From the NCBI GenBank assembly GCA_965237955.1, contig OZ250169.1, positions 1 to 64,000 on the forward strand: 64,000 nt of DNA. The letters are read 5' to 3'. The notes under the pieces were generated by a model, which did not search any database, had not been told where the DNA came from, and worked only from the letters and a program-made list of their open reading frames with translations. Below are positions 19,449 to 30,303 of the stretch, piece by piece. Source of the stretch: Candidatus Marinacidobacterales bacterium (lineage in GTDB: Bacteria > Acidobacteriota > Vicinamibacteria > Marinacidobacterales > SMYC01). Numbering within the stretch: the first letter of the stretch is position 1; each line of letters begins with the position of its first letter. The position numbers and the translations under genes are program-made.

Positions 19449-19694
19449 TGTCGCGTCGGTCGAAGTTGAACCACTCGGGGGCGCGAACTCGATGAGGAGA
19501 TGAGCAAGCCATACTCCGTTGCCTTCAAGCAGAAGATGGTCCATCGGCTCACTGGAAAGAACGCAGTGAGTGCATCGCAGCTGGCTCGAGAGACAGGCGT
19601 CCGACAGCAGAACTTGTCGCGGTGGCTCGACGAGGCGGGTAGACTGCCTGTCATGGCCGACAAGCCGAAGTGCCGCGGACTGCCGGCGCAATGA
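19449..19694 (+). mobile_element. IS3-like left end with an HTH orfA fragment (19500-19694)
   Basis: TG-starting end tgtcgcgtcggtcgaagttgaacc; MSKPYSVAFKQKMV...SQLARETGV..LSRW. Confidence 0.6.
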
Positions 19695-19863
19695 GCCTGC
19701 GCCGGCACATTTGGTCGTTGGTCGGGGCTCGAGCTCCGACACCCAGACGTCGATCCCCTTCTCGGCCAGTGGATCAGGAGCACGTCGGCTTTTCTCGAGA
19801 CGTGGTCTCGCTGGATCGAGCTTGTCCAGCTCCCGCGTCCGGGACTAGACTGTCAGCCGCCCT

Positions 19864-20847
19864 ATGGCCCATGTCGGACGCAACGAGCCCTGCCCATGTG
19901 GCAGCGGCAGGAAGTTCAAGCACTGTTGTCTCAACCGCCGGAAGCGCTTGCTCACAAGCCGGCTGCTCGTGGTGGCTCTGATCGGCGTTGCAGGCGTTGC
20001 CGCACTCGTTTACTGGAACGGTCGAGCGGTGCCCGACACATCTCGCTCCGATCGGGTCGTTCGCAACGGTACTCCCTCCTGGTCCCCCGACGGGTCGAAG
20101 ATCGTCTTCTACTCGGACAGGGATGGGAACGGCGAGATCTACTTGATGAACGCCGATAGCTCGGATCCGACGCGGCTGACGAACGACCCCGCGGACGAGG
20201 GCTATCCGACGTTCTCCCCCGACGGCGGCAAGATCGCGTTCGACACCGACCGCGACGGCAACTTCGACATCTATGTCATGAACGCCGACGGCTCCGACCC
20301 CAGGCGGCTGACGAACGACCCCGCTCGCGACGTCTCCGCGTCCTGGTCGCCCGACGGCTCCCGCATCGCCTTCATGTCCGATCGAGACGGAGGGTTCGAA
20401 ATCTACGCGGTCGATGCCGACGGATCGAACCTCGAGCGGCTGACCAACTCCGGCTCGAACTGGTTTCCGCGATTCTCACCCGATGGCACCAAGCTCGCGT
20501 TCCACGTTGGCCGGGACGTTAACGTGATGAGCCTCGACGGCACTGGACTCGCCCGGCTGACCACCGAGCCCCACAATGGCATGTATCCCTCGTGGTCCCC
20601 CGACGGCGAGAAGATTGCCTTCATGTCGTGGCGCGACGGCCAGACGGAAATCTATATGATGAACGCCGACGGGTCCGACCAGACGCGTTTGACGCGGACG
20701 ACGACGGGTGAAGTGATCGACCCGAGGCTCTCGCCCGACGGGTCGAAGATCGTCTACGTCCACGTGCCCGCAGGCATGGCCGAGGGCCCGCAGATCATCC
20801 ACGTGATGGACGCGGATGGCTCGAACGTGAAGCGTCTGACGCGCTAG
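19864..20847 (+). CDS. SEC-C motif + transmembrane helix + TolB-like (PD40) beta-propeller protein
   Basis: GRNEPCPCGSGRKFKHCC; LLVVALIGVAGVAALVY; six WSPDG/FSPDG-type repeats. Confidence 0.85.
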   Translation: MAHVGRNEPCPCGSGRKFKHCCLNRRKRLLTSRLLVVALIGVAGVAALVYWNGRAVPDTSRSDRVVRNGTPSWSPDGSKIVFYSDRDGNGEIYLMNADSSDPTRLTNDPADEGYPTFSPDGGKIAFDTDRDGNFDIYVMNADGSDPRRLTNDPARDVSASWSPDGSRIAFMSDRDGGFEIYAVDADGSNLERLTNSGSNWFPRFSPDGTKLAFHVGRDVNVMSLDGTGLARLTTEPHNGMYPSWSPDGEKIAFMSWRDGQTEIYMMNADGSDQTRLTRTTTGEVIDPRLSPDGSKIVYVHVPAGMAEGPQIIHVMDADGSNVKRLTR

Positions 20848-20961
20848 CAGACTGCTGAAAAACGCGTCCGCAGCCTGCCGCCTCCGCCAAGGCTACGGCG
20901 GACCCGCCGACGCTTCATGCGAAGGCGGGCCTGGCGGCAGCCAATCTTCTCAGCGGGTTGC
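20847..20961. repeat. REP/MITE-like nested palindrome between convergent genes
   Basis: Imperfect IRs gcagactgctgaaaaa / ttctcagcgggttgc enclosing ccgccaaggctacggcgg and cccgcc..ggcggg hairpins. Confidence 0.55.
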
Positions 20962-21052
20962 CCGCCGCCGGTTTCAGCCGCCAACCGCCTGCGTTGTTCC
21001 GTCCGTCGTGGGGCAAAATCGCCTGGCACGATCGCTGGGCCCCTCGAAGTCA

Positions 21053-23971
21053 CTATCGCGAACCGCCATCCGACGGGCCGGCCGCCGTCACCTCCGCCAG
21101 CATGGGATCCGCGCGCACCGTGATCCGCTTGGTGTAGCGTTTGCCGTTAACGGTCATCGTCACCACGTATTGGCCCGGCTCGACCCGGTCGCCTTCGGCC
21201 TCCTGCGGGCCGAATCGCCTGCCGGAACTCCGCCGACGAGCTCGTTCCATCTGCTCCTCGAATGCGCGCACCTGCTCGGGCGTCGGGTCGTAGCGCAGGT
21301 CCCATTCGAGCCGGCTGATGCCGGGCTCGGCCGAGACGGTGTACGTGCGTTTTCTCTCTCGGAGGACTCCGGCGATCTCGAATGTGACGTCACTGCTCAC
21401 TCCGGAACGCGTGTAGTAATGGATGATAACGTTCTTGGTGGGATTCTCTCCGTGGAAGGCCAGGGAGCCACCGGTGCCCTGGGGCTCGATCTCGAGCCAC
21501 TGGATCGCGCGGCGGACGTCGAACAGATGCGCTTCCGAAGAGAGGACCTCCGGCGTCGCCCGTTGAAGGGCCGAGATGTCATCCAGGATCCAGATCCCGC
21601 GGCCGTGGGTTCCAGCAATCAGGTCGTTCTCGCGCGGGTGAATGACCAGATCGTGGATCGCCACCGTGGGCAGGTTGTTGTTGAGCCTCGTCCAGGATTC
21701 GCCACCGTTAATCGAGTAGAAGATCGCGAACTCGGTGCCGACGAACAGAAGATTGGGGTTCTTTGGATCCTCGTGGAGTACGTAGACCGGGTGATGCCGG
21801 GGGAGATTGCTGCTGATGTTCTTCCACGTGCGACCGTAGTCGGTGGTCTTGAACACCCACGGCTCGAAATTGGCGCTCCGGTGGCCGTCGATGGTCGCGT
21901 AGCCGGTGGCCGCGTCGTGATACGAGCCCCGCACCCGGCTGACGTAGAAATCGGGAGCGGGCAGGCCGGGCATGGCATCACCGACGTTCGTCCAGTCGCG
22001 CCCGCCGCTTCGGGTGAGCTGCACGTTTCCGTCATCCGTTCCCACCCAGATCACGCCGGGCATAACGGGGGACTCGGCGATGGTGACGATCGTGCCATGG
22101 TACTCGGCGCCACCACCGAAGAAATAATCGGGAGTGAGACCGCCCGACTCCCTGATCGTTTTCTCGTACTCGTTCTTGGAGAGATCGGGGCTGAGGATCG
22201 ACCACGTGTCCCCGCGATCGACCGACTTGAAGAGGTGGTTTGCGCCGAGGTAGAGCGTGCGCGAGTTGTGAGGTGACAGGATGAGCGCCGAGCTCCAGTT
22301 CCAGCGGAACGCGCCCATTCGGCCTTCCTGGCCACCGCCTTGCTGCGTCTCGCCCGGCTCGGGCGGCGGTCCCCATCCTTTCTCGAGCTGCAGGGCCTCC
22401 ATCTCCGGGGTGATGTACTCGTCGTAGTTGACGATATTGCCGCCCTTCTCCGGCCGGATGAGAATCGCCTGCCGGGTATAGGCATCCGTCCGGTGGACCT
22501 CACCTCCTATCCCTCTCGGATCCCGCTCCGTGTAGATAGTCCGCCAATCGGTGGGGTCAATCTGAACGTGGAAGCCATCCCCTCCCTGGATGTTGTACCA
22601 GTCGTTCGTGTAGATGCCCTCCGCCCGGGTCAGGGACGGACCGCACGACGAGCCGGCATCCTGAAGGCCGCCGCAGACGTAGTACGGGTCGCGCATGTCG
22701 ACGCTGACCATGTAGTACTGGGTGGCGTTGATATTCTTGTAGGTGACGTAGTTGTCCCCGCCGTCGTGGGTCAGCTCGAGCCCGCCGTCACTGCCTACGT
22801 AGAAACGACCCTTGTTGTGAGGGTCGAGCCACAGCGCGTGCCAGCAGTGGCCGACGCTTCGCGGCATGAGCGTCAGCGTCTTGCCACCATCCTCGGAGTA
22901 CTGAAAGCGACCGGTGTAGCTGTAGATCTTCTTGTCGTCGGAGGGATCGATGGAAATGTGCTGGTAATAGAAGGGTCGGCTCCAGTAGCGGTTCATGTAC
23001 ATCCAGCTCTCGCCGCCGTCCTCGGAGCGGTAGATTCCCGAGCCGAGCTTCGTCATGTCCTCGTAGTCGGGATCCTCGGGCTCCGGCTGAAAGCCATGCT
23101 CGTAGTGCGTCATGAGCACATCGGGGTTGCTTCGCGAGATCGCGAGGCCGATCTTTCCCGAATAGCCCTCAGGCAGTCCCTTCGTGAGCTTCTTGAAGGA
23201 CTGTCCGCCGTCGGTGGTCGTGAAGATGCCGCCATTGGGACCGCCGCTGTCGAGACGATAGGACGTCCGGTGCCGCTCCCAGAAAGCGACGAAGAGGGTA
23301 TTCGGATCGGTGGGGTGCATGATCGCTTCCACCGCCCCGGTGTTGTCGTAATCGTCGGGGAGCCCGTTCGTCAACTTGACCCACGTTTTTCCACCGTCGG
23401 TGCTCTTGAAGAACCCTCGCTCGCTCGGTCCCCAGATGTTGCCGAGCGCCGCGACGTACACGATGTCGGGATCGGTGGGGTGAGTCACCACCGAACCGAT
23501 GGTGTAGGTGTTCCCAAGACCCATCTTCTCGAACGTCTTGCCGCCGTCGGTCGACTTGTAGACGCCGTCACCCCAGGCCGAGGTGTTCCTGCCGCACTCC
23601 TCGCCGGTGCCAACCCAGATGATGTCCGGGTTTCCCTCGAAGATGGCCACGTCGCCGATCGAGGCGGAGCCGTATTTCTCGAAGATCGGCTCCCACGTCG
23701 TGCCGGCGTTGACGGATTTGAAGACGCCGCCCGAGGCGGTGCCAGCGACGACGTAACGGAAATCTTCGTCCAGCGCGTCGATGGCGGAGACCCGTCCCCT
23801 CTGGTTGGCGTTTCCGATGTTCCGCCAACGTAAATCCTTGATGAGCTGCTCTTCGACGGTGAGCTTGTCGACCAGTTCCTGGTGCACATGAGCACCTTCT
23901 CGCGCGGCCGCGCTCACAGCGAGCGCCACGATACCTGTGATCACGCCACAAACACGAAAGAGGGATGTCAT
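21053..23971 (-). CDS. Secreted VPS10/BNR-repeat beta-propeller protein (often annotated glycosyl hydrolase)
   Basis: Signal peptide; WRNIGNANQRGRV; many SxDGGxTW Asp-boxes; GGLQD, GGDGF, GTHGRGIWILDD. Confidence 0.88.
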   Translation of the reverse strand: MTSLFRVCGVITGIVALAVSAAAREGAHVHQELVDKLTVEEQLIKDLRWRNIGNANQRGRVSAIDALDEDFRYVVAGTASGGVFKSVNAGTTWEPIFEKYGSASIGDVAIFEGNPDIIWVGTGEECGRNTSAWGDGVYKSTDGGKTFEKMGLGNTYTIGSVVTHPTDPDIVYVAALGNIWGPSERGFFKSTDGGKTWVKLTNGLPDDYDNTGAVEAIMHPTDPNTLFVAFWERHRTSYRLDSGGPNGGIFTTTDGGQSFKKLTKGLPEGYSGKIGLAISRSNPDVLMTHYEHGFQPEPEDPDYEDMTKLGSGIYRSEDGGESWMYMNRYWSRPFYYQHISIDPSDDKKIYSYTGRFQYSEDGGKTLTLMPRSVGHCWHALWLDPHNKGRFYVGSDGGLELTHDGGDNYVTYKNINATQYYMVSVDMRDPYYVCGGLQDAGSSCGPSLTRAEGIYTNDWYNIQGGDGFHVQIDPTDWRTIYTERDPRGIGGEVHRTDAYTRQAILIRPEKGGNIVNYDEYITPEMEALQLEKGWGPPPEPGETQQGGGQEGRMGAFRWNWSSALILSPHNSRTLYLGANHLFKSVDRGDTWSILSPDLSKNEYEKTIRESGGLTPDYFFGGGAEYHGTIVTIAESPVMPGVIWVGTDDGNVQLTRSGGRDWTNVGDAMPGLPAPDFYVSRVRGSYHDAATGYATIDGHRSANFEPWVFKTTDYGRTWKNISSNLPRHHPVYVLHEDPKNPNLLFVGTEFAIFYSINGGESWTRLNNNLPTVAIHDLVIHPRENDLIAGTHGRGIWILDDISALQRATPEVLSSEAHLFDVRRAIQWLEIEPQGTGGSLAFHGENPTKNVIIHYYTRSGVSSDVTFEIAGVLRERKRTYTVSAEPGISRLEWDLRYDPTPEQVRAFEEQMERARRRSSGRRFGPQEAEGDRVEPGQYVVTMTVNGKRYTKRITVRADPMLAEVTAAGPSDGGSR

Positions 23972-24145
23972 AGGATTTGCTCCTCGAATCGTCTATTTCA
24001 CTTGACCGGTGTTAAGGATAGGAAATTTCAAGAACCTGCCCGTGTCGTTCCACTACGAATTCTCCAGCTTGACCGAGGTGACGTCACGTTATTCGGTATC
24101 GGTAACATTAGCAAAGGGTACGTAGTAAGACAAGGCGGTGAGGGC

Positions 24146-25574
24146 GAGGATATCCTGAATCTAGTTGAAATCGGTGAGTGACTCCCTTCAAGATCGTCGG
24201 TGTCAAAGCTGGCGATCAAAAAGAAAGGAGCCACCCGGTGAGAGCAGATACGAAGAAGAGAAAGAATGCAACACAGATGCTGAGGGCGACGCAGGAGCAA
24301 GAGTGGTGGGCGGATCAAGTTGTGCATGTGATGCTGGAGGGCAAGCGAGCGCTGGACGCCGCGATGCTCGATGTCGGACGCCTGGTAGCTGAGACGCTCA
24401 TGTACATGGAGCGCGAAGAGAGATCTGGGCCAGACTACCATCCTACGTCGTCCGGGCTTCGCAAATGGGCGAGTCAACGTGGGTCGATCTATGTCGGTGA
24501 CCAGAAGCTCCCTGTCGAGCACCCTCGATTGCGGGGCCCGGAGGGTGAGGTCGGGCTGAGAACCTACGAGCAGCTCAAGAATCGCGGGGGCTTTTCGGAG
24601 GAACTCCTGTCGGAGGTGCTTCGGGGAATGTCTGCTCGCAAGTACGAAGAGACGGTGACGGCGGCAGGCAAGGCTTTCGGTGTGACGCCGAGCTCGGTGT
24701 CCCGCCATCTGGTCGAGGCGACGGCGAAGCAGCTGAAGCAGTTCCAGGAGCGCAGTCTCGAAGAGTTTCCGCTCTTCGCGATGTACCTAGACACGGTCCA
24801 CCGCGGCGGTCAGGCGTTCGTGGTCGCGCTCGGCGTGGACCGTGAAGGGAAAAAGCTCCCCCTGGGCTTCTGGGAAGGGGCGACGGAGAACCACGAGATC
24901 TGCGAGGAATTGCTGGAAGAGTTGGAGCGACGGGGGTTAAAGCTCTCCAAACGGATCCTCTGGGTAACCGATGGTGGCGGGGGGATCATCAAGGCGCTCA
25001 AAGACCGATACGGCAAGAAGCTCATCCACCAGCGGTGTACTTTGCACAAAGACCGCAACATCCAGCGCCACCTGCCCAAACGCTACCGCAAGCAGGCACA
25101 CCACCTCTTCGCGACTGCCTTGGAGCAGAACAGCTACAAGGACGCGAAGAAGATGTTGCAGGAGTTCGAGCGCTGGCTTCGCGACATCAACGAGTCGGCG
25201 GCAGACTCACTCCTCGAGGCACTCGAGGAGGTGCTGATGCTCCACAAGTTGAAGGTCCCCGCTCTACTGCGCCAGAGCCTGCACTCGACGAATCCTATAG
25301 AGAGTATGTTCTCCATGGTTCGTAGTTGCGAGCGCAACATCAAACGCTACCGTAACAGCAAAATGCGCCAGCGATGGCTCGCCGCTGTGCTGCTGCACTG
25401 CGAACAACAGTTCAGACGAGTCAAGGGGCACGCATCCATCGACGTAGTGGTTGCGGCCATCGATGCGATCCAACGAGAGGACGAGATGCCTGAGGCCGCG
25501 TAAGGTCAGGGGCGTAGAGCTGGAAATGACCACGAGTCGCTTATGATGGTTTCAACTAATTCCTTGACATCCTC
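24146..25574 (+). mobile_element. IS256-family element (ORF 24178-25503) with 8-bp target duplication GTGAGGGC
   Basis: IRs gaggatatcc..tagttgaaa / tttcaactaa..catcctc; duplication at 24138-24145 and 25575-25582; TDGGGG, QRCTLHK, STNPIES. Confidence 0.93.
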
Positions 25575-25667
25575 GTGAGGGCGGAGGGTTTTCGTGGGGG
25601 AAGACACAAGTATGCCGTTGCGTTGCCCAAGAAACGGCACAGAGGAGATGAAGGTGAGAGCGCGAAG

Positions 25668-25748
25668 CTAAGGCTTTGGAGGAGCGCGGGAGTCGCCGTT
25701 TCGCTTATCCAAGTGGTCAAGAATTTTGCGAATGACTTTGTGCTCGGT
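25668..25748 (-). pseudogene. Second IS91 transposase C-terminal scrap
   Basis: Near-identical to about 18773-18846 (TEHKVIRKILDHLDKRNGDSRAPP). Confidence 0.75.
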
Positions 25749-27391
25749 AATGTCGCGGTGTCGGTGGGCGCTTCCTGTAGGGAGGTGCCCCCACCATAGT
25801 TGAAGGTTCGAGGTGGTGGCGGCTCCTGACACAAGGTTTACCCGACTTTGGCGTGCTTGTCGAGCGCTTGATTCTCAGTGACCTCCGCTAACTTCGCTTC
25901 GAGGATCGGTAGCGATTGGTATCCAATGATACGACGGAAATTTTTCTCCGTGGCGAGCAGAGCCGAAGCGGCCCATCTCAGAACCATCTTGCCATTGCGC
26001 CAGCGGGTGACGCGACGGGTACGACCTCGCGCACCGCTGAAGCACGACTCGATGATGTTCGTCGATCCAAGGCAGCGTTTCAGAGATGCGGGGAGGTCGA
26101 GCTCGTTGATGGTGAACATCTCGTCGAGCCCCTCCCGGATGCTCTCCGCCGCCGAGGGGTAGTCGTCCTCGAGCCACTTCGCCTGTTGCTCCAACCGCGC
26201 TTTGCCCTTCTTTGCTGGGAGCTGCCAGGCCGAACGCAGGCTCGCTTGCACTTGCGGCTTCAGCTCCTGCGGCAGATAACCGAGCACATTGCGCTCCTTG
26301 TGCTTCCTGCAACGCTGGACCTTGTTGTGGGTACCGAACACAGCGTCGACGGCGACCCGTAGCGCCTTGGAGCCATCGATCACGAACAGCCGACACCGCT
26401 CTGGGCTCAGGCCTCGTTCGACCAGGTCCTCCAGCAGCGCCTTGCACACTATCTGGTTCTCCGATGCTCCATCCCGAAGCCCCAGAACATGCTTGTATCC
26501 CTCTGTATCTACGCCGATTGCCGCCAGCGCGTGGTGCTCGCCGAAGCGAATCCCGTCCAGGTACACGACCGCGATCTCCAGCTCGTCCAGCGGACGCTCC
26601 ATCAGCCCCTGCAACTGCTCCGCGCTTGCTTCCACGAACTCACGGCTCACCTCGCTCTTGCTAACCCCTACCGTCTCCGCCATCTCGGGAAGAACCGACG
26701 CGTACTTGCGCGTCGACACACCCAGCATCAGGATTTCCCAGATGCGTTGGCTCAGCCGAGACGAGTTGTTCACCGCTTCGTAGGCAGGAATCGCAACCTC
26801 CCCTCCCTCTGCCTTTCCCTTACGCCGCAGACGTGGCCGGCTCACTCTCAACTTCCGCTCCGCAAGGCTTACTACGCCACCCTGCCGGCCGTGCCAGCGA
26901 ACATCGCTACCCTTCTTCCCCAGGTGTTTCTCCCCAGCCACACTTTGGGCTGACAGATCCAAGACCGCTTCGATCGTCGCTCGGCCAGCAACGTCGATCA
27001 CTTCGTCGATCGCTATCTCGGTTCGCTCAATCGCATCCAAGAACGGCAACAGAGCTTGCCCCTTCGAGCTCAGTATCTCTCGAAGCTTCTTCCTGTTCTT
27101 CGCATCGATGATTTGGTAATTTGACATCGTGGTGGCTCCTTTCTTTTTCCTTCACAGCCGGATTCTATCGAACCCGGCCTTAGGAGCCGCCACTCCTAAC
27201 CTTCAACTATCTCAGGGGCATCTCCTCCTGTAGCGGACCGCTTCGTTGTCTATGTCTCGGTCCAATTGGCCGGTCTCAATCCACTGGTAGATGGTGCGGC
27301 GGCTTATGCCCAGCTTGTCTGCCAGGGCTGCCTTCGTCAATCCCTGCTGCAAATACTTTCGTAGCAACACTCGTTTCTCCCTTCCGTACAT
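25749..27391 (-). pseudogene. IS21-like IstA N-terminal HTH stub split by IS256
   Basis: GGAGG then MYGREKRVLLRKYLQQGLTKAALADKLGISRRTIYQWIETG; the frame continues across the IS256 target duplication. Confidence 0.55.
25781..27225 (-). mobile_element. IS256-family element, second type, copy A (transposase 25838-27127); target duplication TCCTGTAG
   Basis: IRs ggaggtgccc..atagttgaagg / ccttcaactat..gggcatctcc; duplication at 25773-25780 and 27226-27233. Confidence 0.93.
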
Positions 27392-27429
27392 GGGTGCCTC
27401 CGCTCTGGAGGAACCACTTTGTCTGAAGG

Positions 27430-27534
27430 GGCGGTGAGCTCCGCGTGATTGCCTTCATCACCGAGCGCAACACCATTAGAACAATCTTGTCGCATTTGGA
27501 GGCACGAACGACGGAATCTCGCGCTCCTCCCTAG
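27430..27534 (+). pseudogene. Third, divergent IS91 transposase C-terminal scrap
   Basis: GGELRVIAFITERNTIRTILSHLEARTTESRAPP* parallels the C-terminus at 18766. Confidence 0.65.
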
Positions 27535-27789
27535 CTCATGCAGCCGTTCCCCAAAAACCCGTGGTTCTCCCTCGTCAAGCGCGGCCCGAATTCTGCCTGC
27601 ATCACAGCTTTTGCTTCCCCGAAGGATTAGCCGCGCGGCGCTATTGCCGCTCACAGGCTTTTGGTATGCTCCACGAGGTACTGATATAGAACCTTCTCTC
27701 ATGCACGCTGAGAAAATTGGCACCGGCACTGGGGTTATTCAAGGTACCGATAACTTCTCCATGGAAAGCCTCAGGAAGAAGATGATTGG

Positions 27790-27934
27790 AAAGCCGTATT
27801 CGGGAAAACCGAATGTACGGTTTGACGAGGGGGAGCTGGAGATAGAGCATGGTTAGGCTAGTGAGGCACTGCCAGACGAAAGGGGCAGTACAGATATGCC
27901 TTACCTAAACCACTACGCCAGCTTTCTACTCTAC
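27790..27934 (+). ncRNA. Group II intron 3' remnant (domains V-VI), no reverse transcriptase ORF
   Basis: DV aagccgtattcgggaaaaccgaatgtacggtttg with AGC triad; long DVI ending ctactctac. Confidence 0.85.
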
Positions 27935-27952
27935 AAGCGAAAGGAGGAAAGG

Positions 27953-29452
27953 ATGATTAAGAAACATGAGATCTTGTTAGCATTGGTACTGGTTGGGGGA
28001 TTAACATTTGTTGGTTTTCTAACGAGCTGCAAGATTTCAGAAGTAACACCAGAGAAAAAATATGAACCTAGTTGGGAGTCTCTCAAACAACACTCCACCC
28101 CAGAATGGTTCAAAGACGCAAAGTTCGGCATATATTTCCACTGGGGAGTCTATTCGGTACCTGCTTATCGTGATGAATGGTATCCGCGTGGAATGTATGC
28201 TGCATTCTCAGACGAAGACAAACAGAAAAGATACCATAAAGAGCACTTTGGAGATCCTTCGAAATTCGGATACAAGGATTTCATTCCGGTGTTCAAAGCA
28301 GAGAAATTTGATGCGGATGAGTGGGCCGAACTGTTCAAGAAGGCCGGGGCAAAGTTTGCCGGCCCAGTCGCAGAACACCATGACGGTTTTGCCATGTGGG
28401 ACAGTGAACTTACAGAGTGGGACGCTGCCGATATGGGGCCGAAGAGAGATATTGCAGGTGAGTTAGCAAGGGCTGTTAGAAAACAAGGTATGAAGTTTAT
28501 TACCTCATTCCACCATGCATATAACTGGAAGTACTATGAGACTTCTTATAAAGGAAATTATGATACTAAAGATCCGAAATATGCTGGTACATACGGTTTA
28601 TATCCACAGCCGCACGAACCAGGAGCTCCTGAATCAGAAGAATTCCTAAAGGACTGGGAAGCAAAAGTGAGAGAGGTCATAGACAAATACGAGCCGGATT
28701 TACTCTGGTTTGACATGGGCTGGGGGGAATCCACGTTCGAGGAGTACAAGAAATCGTTACTTGCTTATTACTATAACAAAGCCGAGGAATCGGGCAAGGA
28801 AGTTGTCGTATCCTATAAGAGTCGAGCTCTCCCTCTCGGAGTTGGTGTACTTGATTTCGAGAGTGGAAAACTGGAAACACTAAGCCCATTTGATTGGCTA
28901 ACCGATACCTCTATGGACAAACGCTCCTGGAGCTATAGACAGAATCCGGATTATAAACCAGTGAATACATTAGTTGATAATTTGGTGGATAGAGTCAGCA
29001 AGAACGGTAACACATTGCTCAATATAGGGCCAAGGCCTGATGGAACGATTCCAGAAGAGGTGAAGGAACGGCTGCTTGGCATAGGCAAATGGTTAGAGGT
29101 CAATGGTGAAGCGATCTATGGCACCAGACCCTGGATAAGTTACGGGGAAGGACCTACAAAAATGAAAGGCGGGACTTCTTGGGAACGGAAGAAAAACGGG
29201 TCGGATTATACGGCAAGGGATATAAGGTTCACAACAAAGGAAAATGCTTTGTATGCGATCTGCCTTGATTGGCCCGGAGAACAAGTGACGATTGAATCAT
29301 TCCGTGTTTTATGGAAGTCAGAGATTAAATCTATCAAAATGCTTGGTATTAGTGAAGAACTGGAGTGGTCACTGACTGATAAGGGACTTACAATTAAAAC
29401 ACCTGATACGAAGCCATGTGAATATGCCTACACGTTTAAGATTTCTTTATAA
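27953..29452 (+). CDS. Alpha-L-fucosidase (GH29), lipoprotein
   Basis: WFKDAKFGIYFHWGVYSVP, AEHHDGFAMW, LLWFD, VSKNGNTLLNIGP; lipobox FLTSC; AGGAGG RBS. Confidence 0.92.
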   Translation: MIKKHEILLALVLVGGLTFVGFLTSCKISEVTPEKKYEPSWESLKQHSTPEWFKDAKFGIYFHWGVYSVPAYRDEWYPRGMYAAFSDEDKQKRYHKEHFGDPSKFGYKDFIPVFKAEKFDADEWAELFKKAGAKFAGPVAEHHDGFAMWDSELTEWDAADMGPKRDIAGELARAVRKQGMKFITSFHHAYNWKYYETSYKGNYDTKDPKYAGTYGLYPQPHEPGAPESEEFLKDWEAKVREVIDKYEPDLLWFDMGWGESTFEEYKKSLLAYYYNKAEESGKEVVVSYKSRALPLGVGVLDFESGKLETLSPFDWLTDTSMDKRSWSYRQNPDYKPVNTLVDNLVDRVSKNGNTLLNIGPRPDGTIPEEVKERLLGIGKWLEVNGEAIYGTRPWISYGEGPTKMKGGTSWERKKNGSDYTARDIRFTTKENALYAICLDWPGEQVTIESFRVLWKSEIKSIKMLGISEELEWSLTDKGLTIKTPDTKPCEYAYTFKISL

Positions 29453-29788
29453 CATTGTTTTTTGCATAATATAACGGCTTAGAATATTGGTACGCGTAGA
29501 AAAAGTTTGCAACCCTTGACTACTTAGAGCAAGCCCATCATTACCCCACAACAAACAGAGAAAAAGGATATTGCTTGTAAATGGGTAATTCTTAGGTTGC
29601 ATGGTGCTTTGTACGGGTTTGCAATTTGTGTGTGCTCACGAGGCTCCAGTGCGATGTCAACGGTTATCGCGGATCGGTAGACATTCGGGGGAGCGAGGAT
29701 CGAAGCGATCGCAATCGGGTTCGTCCCGCTGGATGGCTGCCTCCGTGAGAGGGAGTGGCTTCTTTTTCCTTCGAAGCGAGGAGGGATC

Positions 29789-30303
29789 GTGAACAAGTGG
29801 CTATGCCTTCCACTAGCAGCCCTGTCTTTGTACTCGACGGCTGGGGCCCAAACGGCGATCACCTCACCCACCGAACACTTCGGCTTCGAGCTCGGGGCTG
29901 ACGGAATGTACGCCTCGTGGGATCAGATGGTCGCATACTACCAGACACTGGGCCGAGAATCGGACCGCGTGCAGACCCGAACCATCGGGACGACCACGTT
30001 GGGAAATCCGTTTCTCGCGCTAACGATTTCGTCGCCGGCGAACCTCGCTAGAGCCGAGCACTTCCAGGAAATCGCGCGGCTGATGGCCGATCCGCGAGGC
30101 CTGACCGAGCAACAGACCGACGCGCTCGCGGCGGAAGGGCGAGTGGTAGTGCTCGTCTCCCTTGGACAGCACTCCACCGAAATCGCTTCCTCGCAGGTCG
30201 GCCCTCGCCTCGTGCACCGATTGGCAACATCCGACGACGAGAGGACGAGGACGATCCTCGATAACGCCATCCTCGTGCTGATCCCCAACTTTCAATCCCG
30301 ACG
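29789..30303 (+). pseudogene. M14 zinc carboxypeptidase N-terminal fragment truncated by IS21
   Basis: Signal peptide; SPTEHFGFELG, IGTTTLG, HSTEIAS, LVLIPNF. Confidence 0.75.

Noticed and set aside
21008-23833. Long antisense ORFs over the VPS10 gene (and similar shadows over motAB, S9 and other genes)
   Set aside because: Typical shadow ORFs of high-GC coding sequence with no recognisable motifs.
27896-27952. Longer fucosidase start at 27896
   Set aside because: It lies within intron domain VI; the AGGAGG RBS and signal peptide support ATG 27953.
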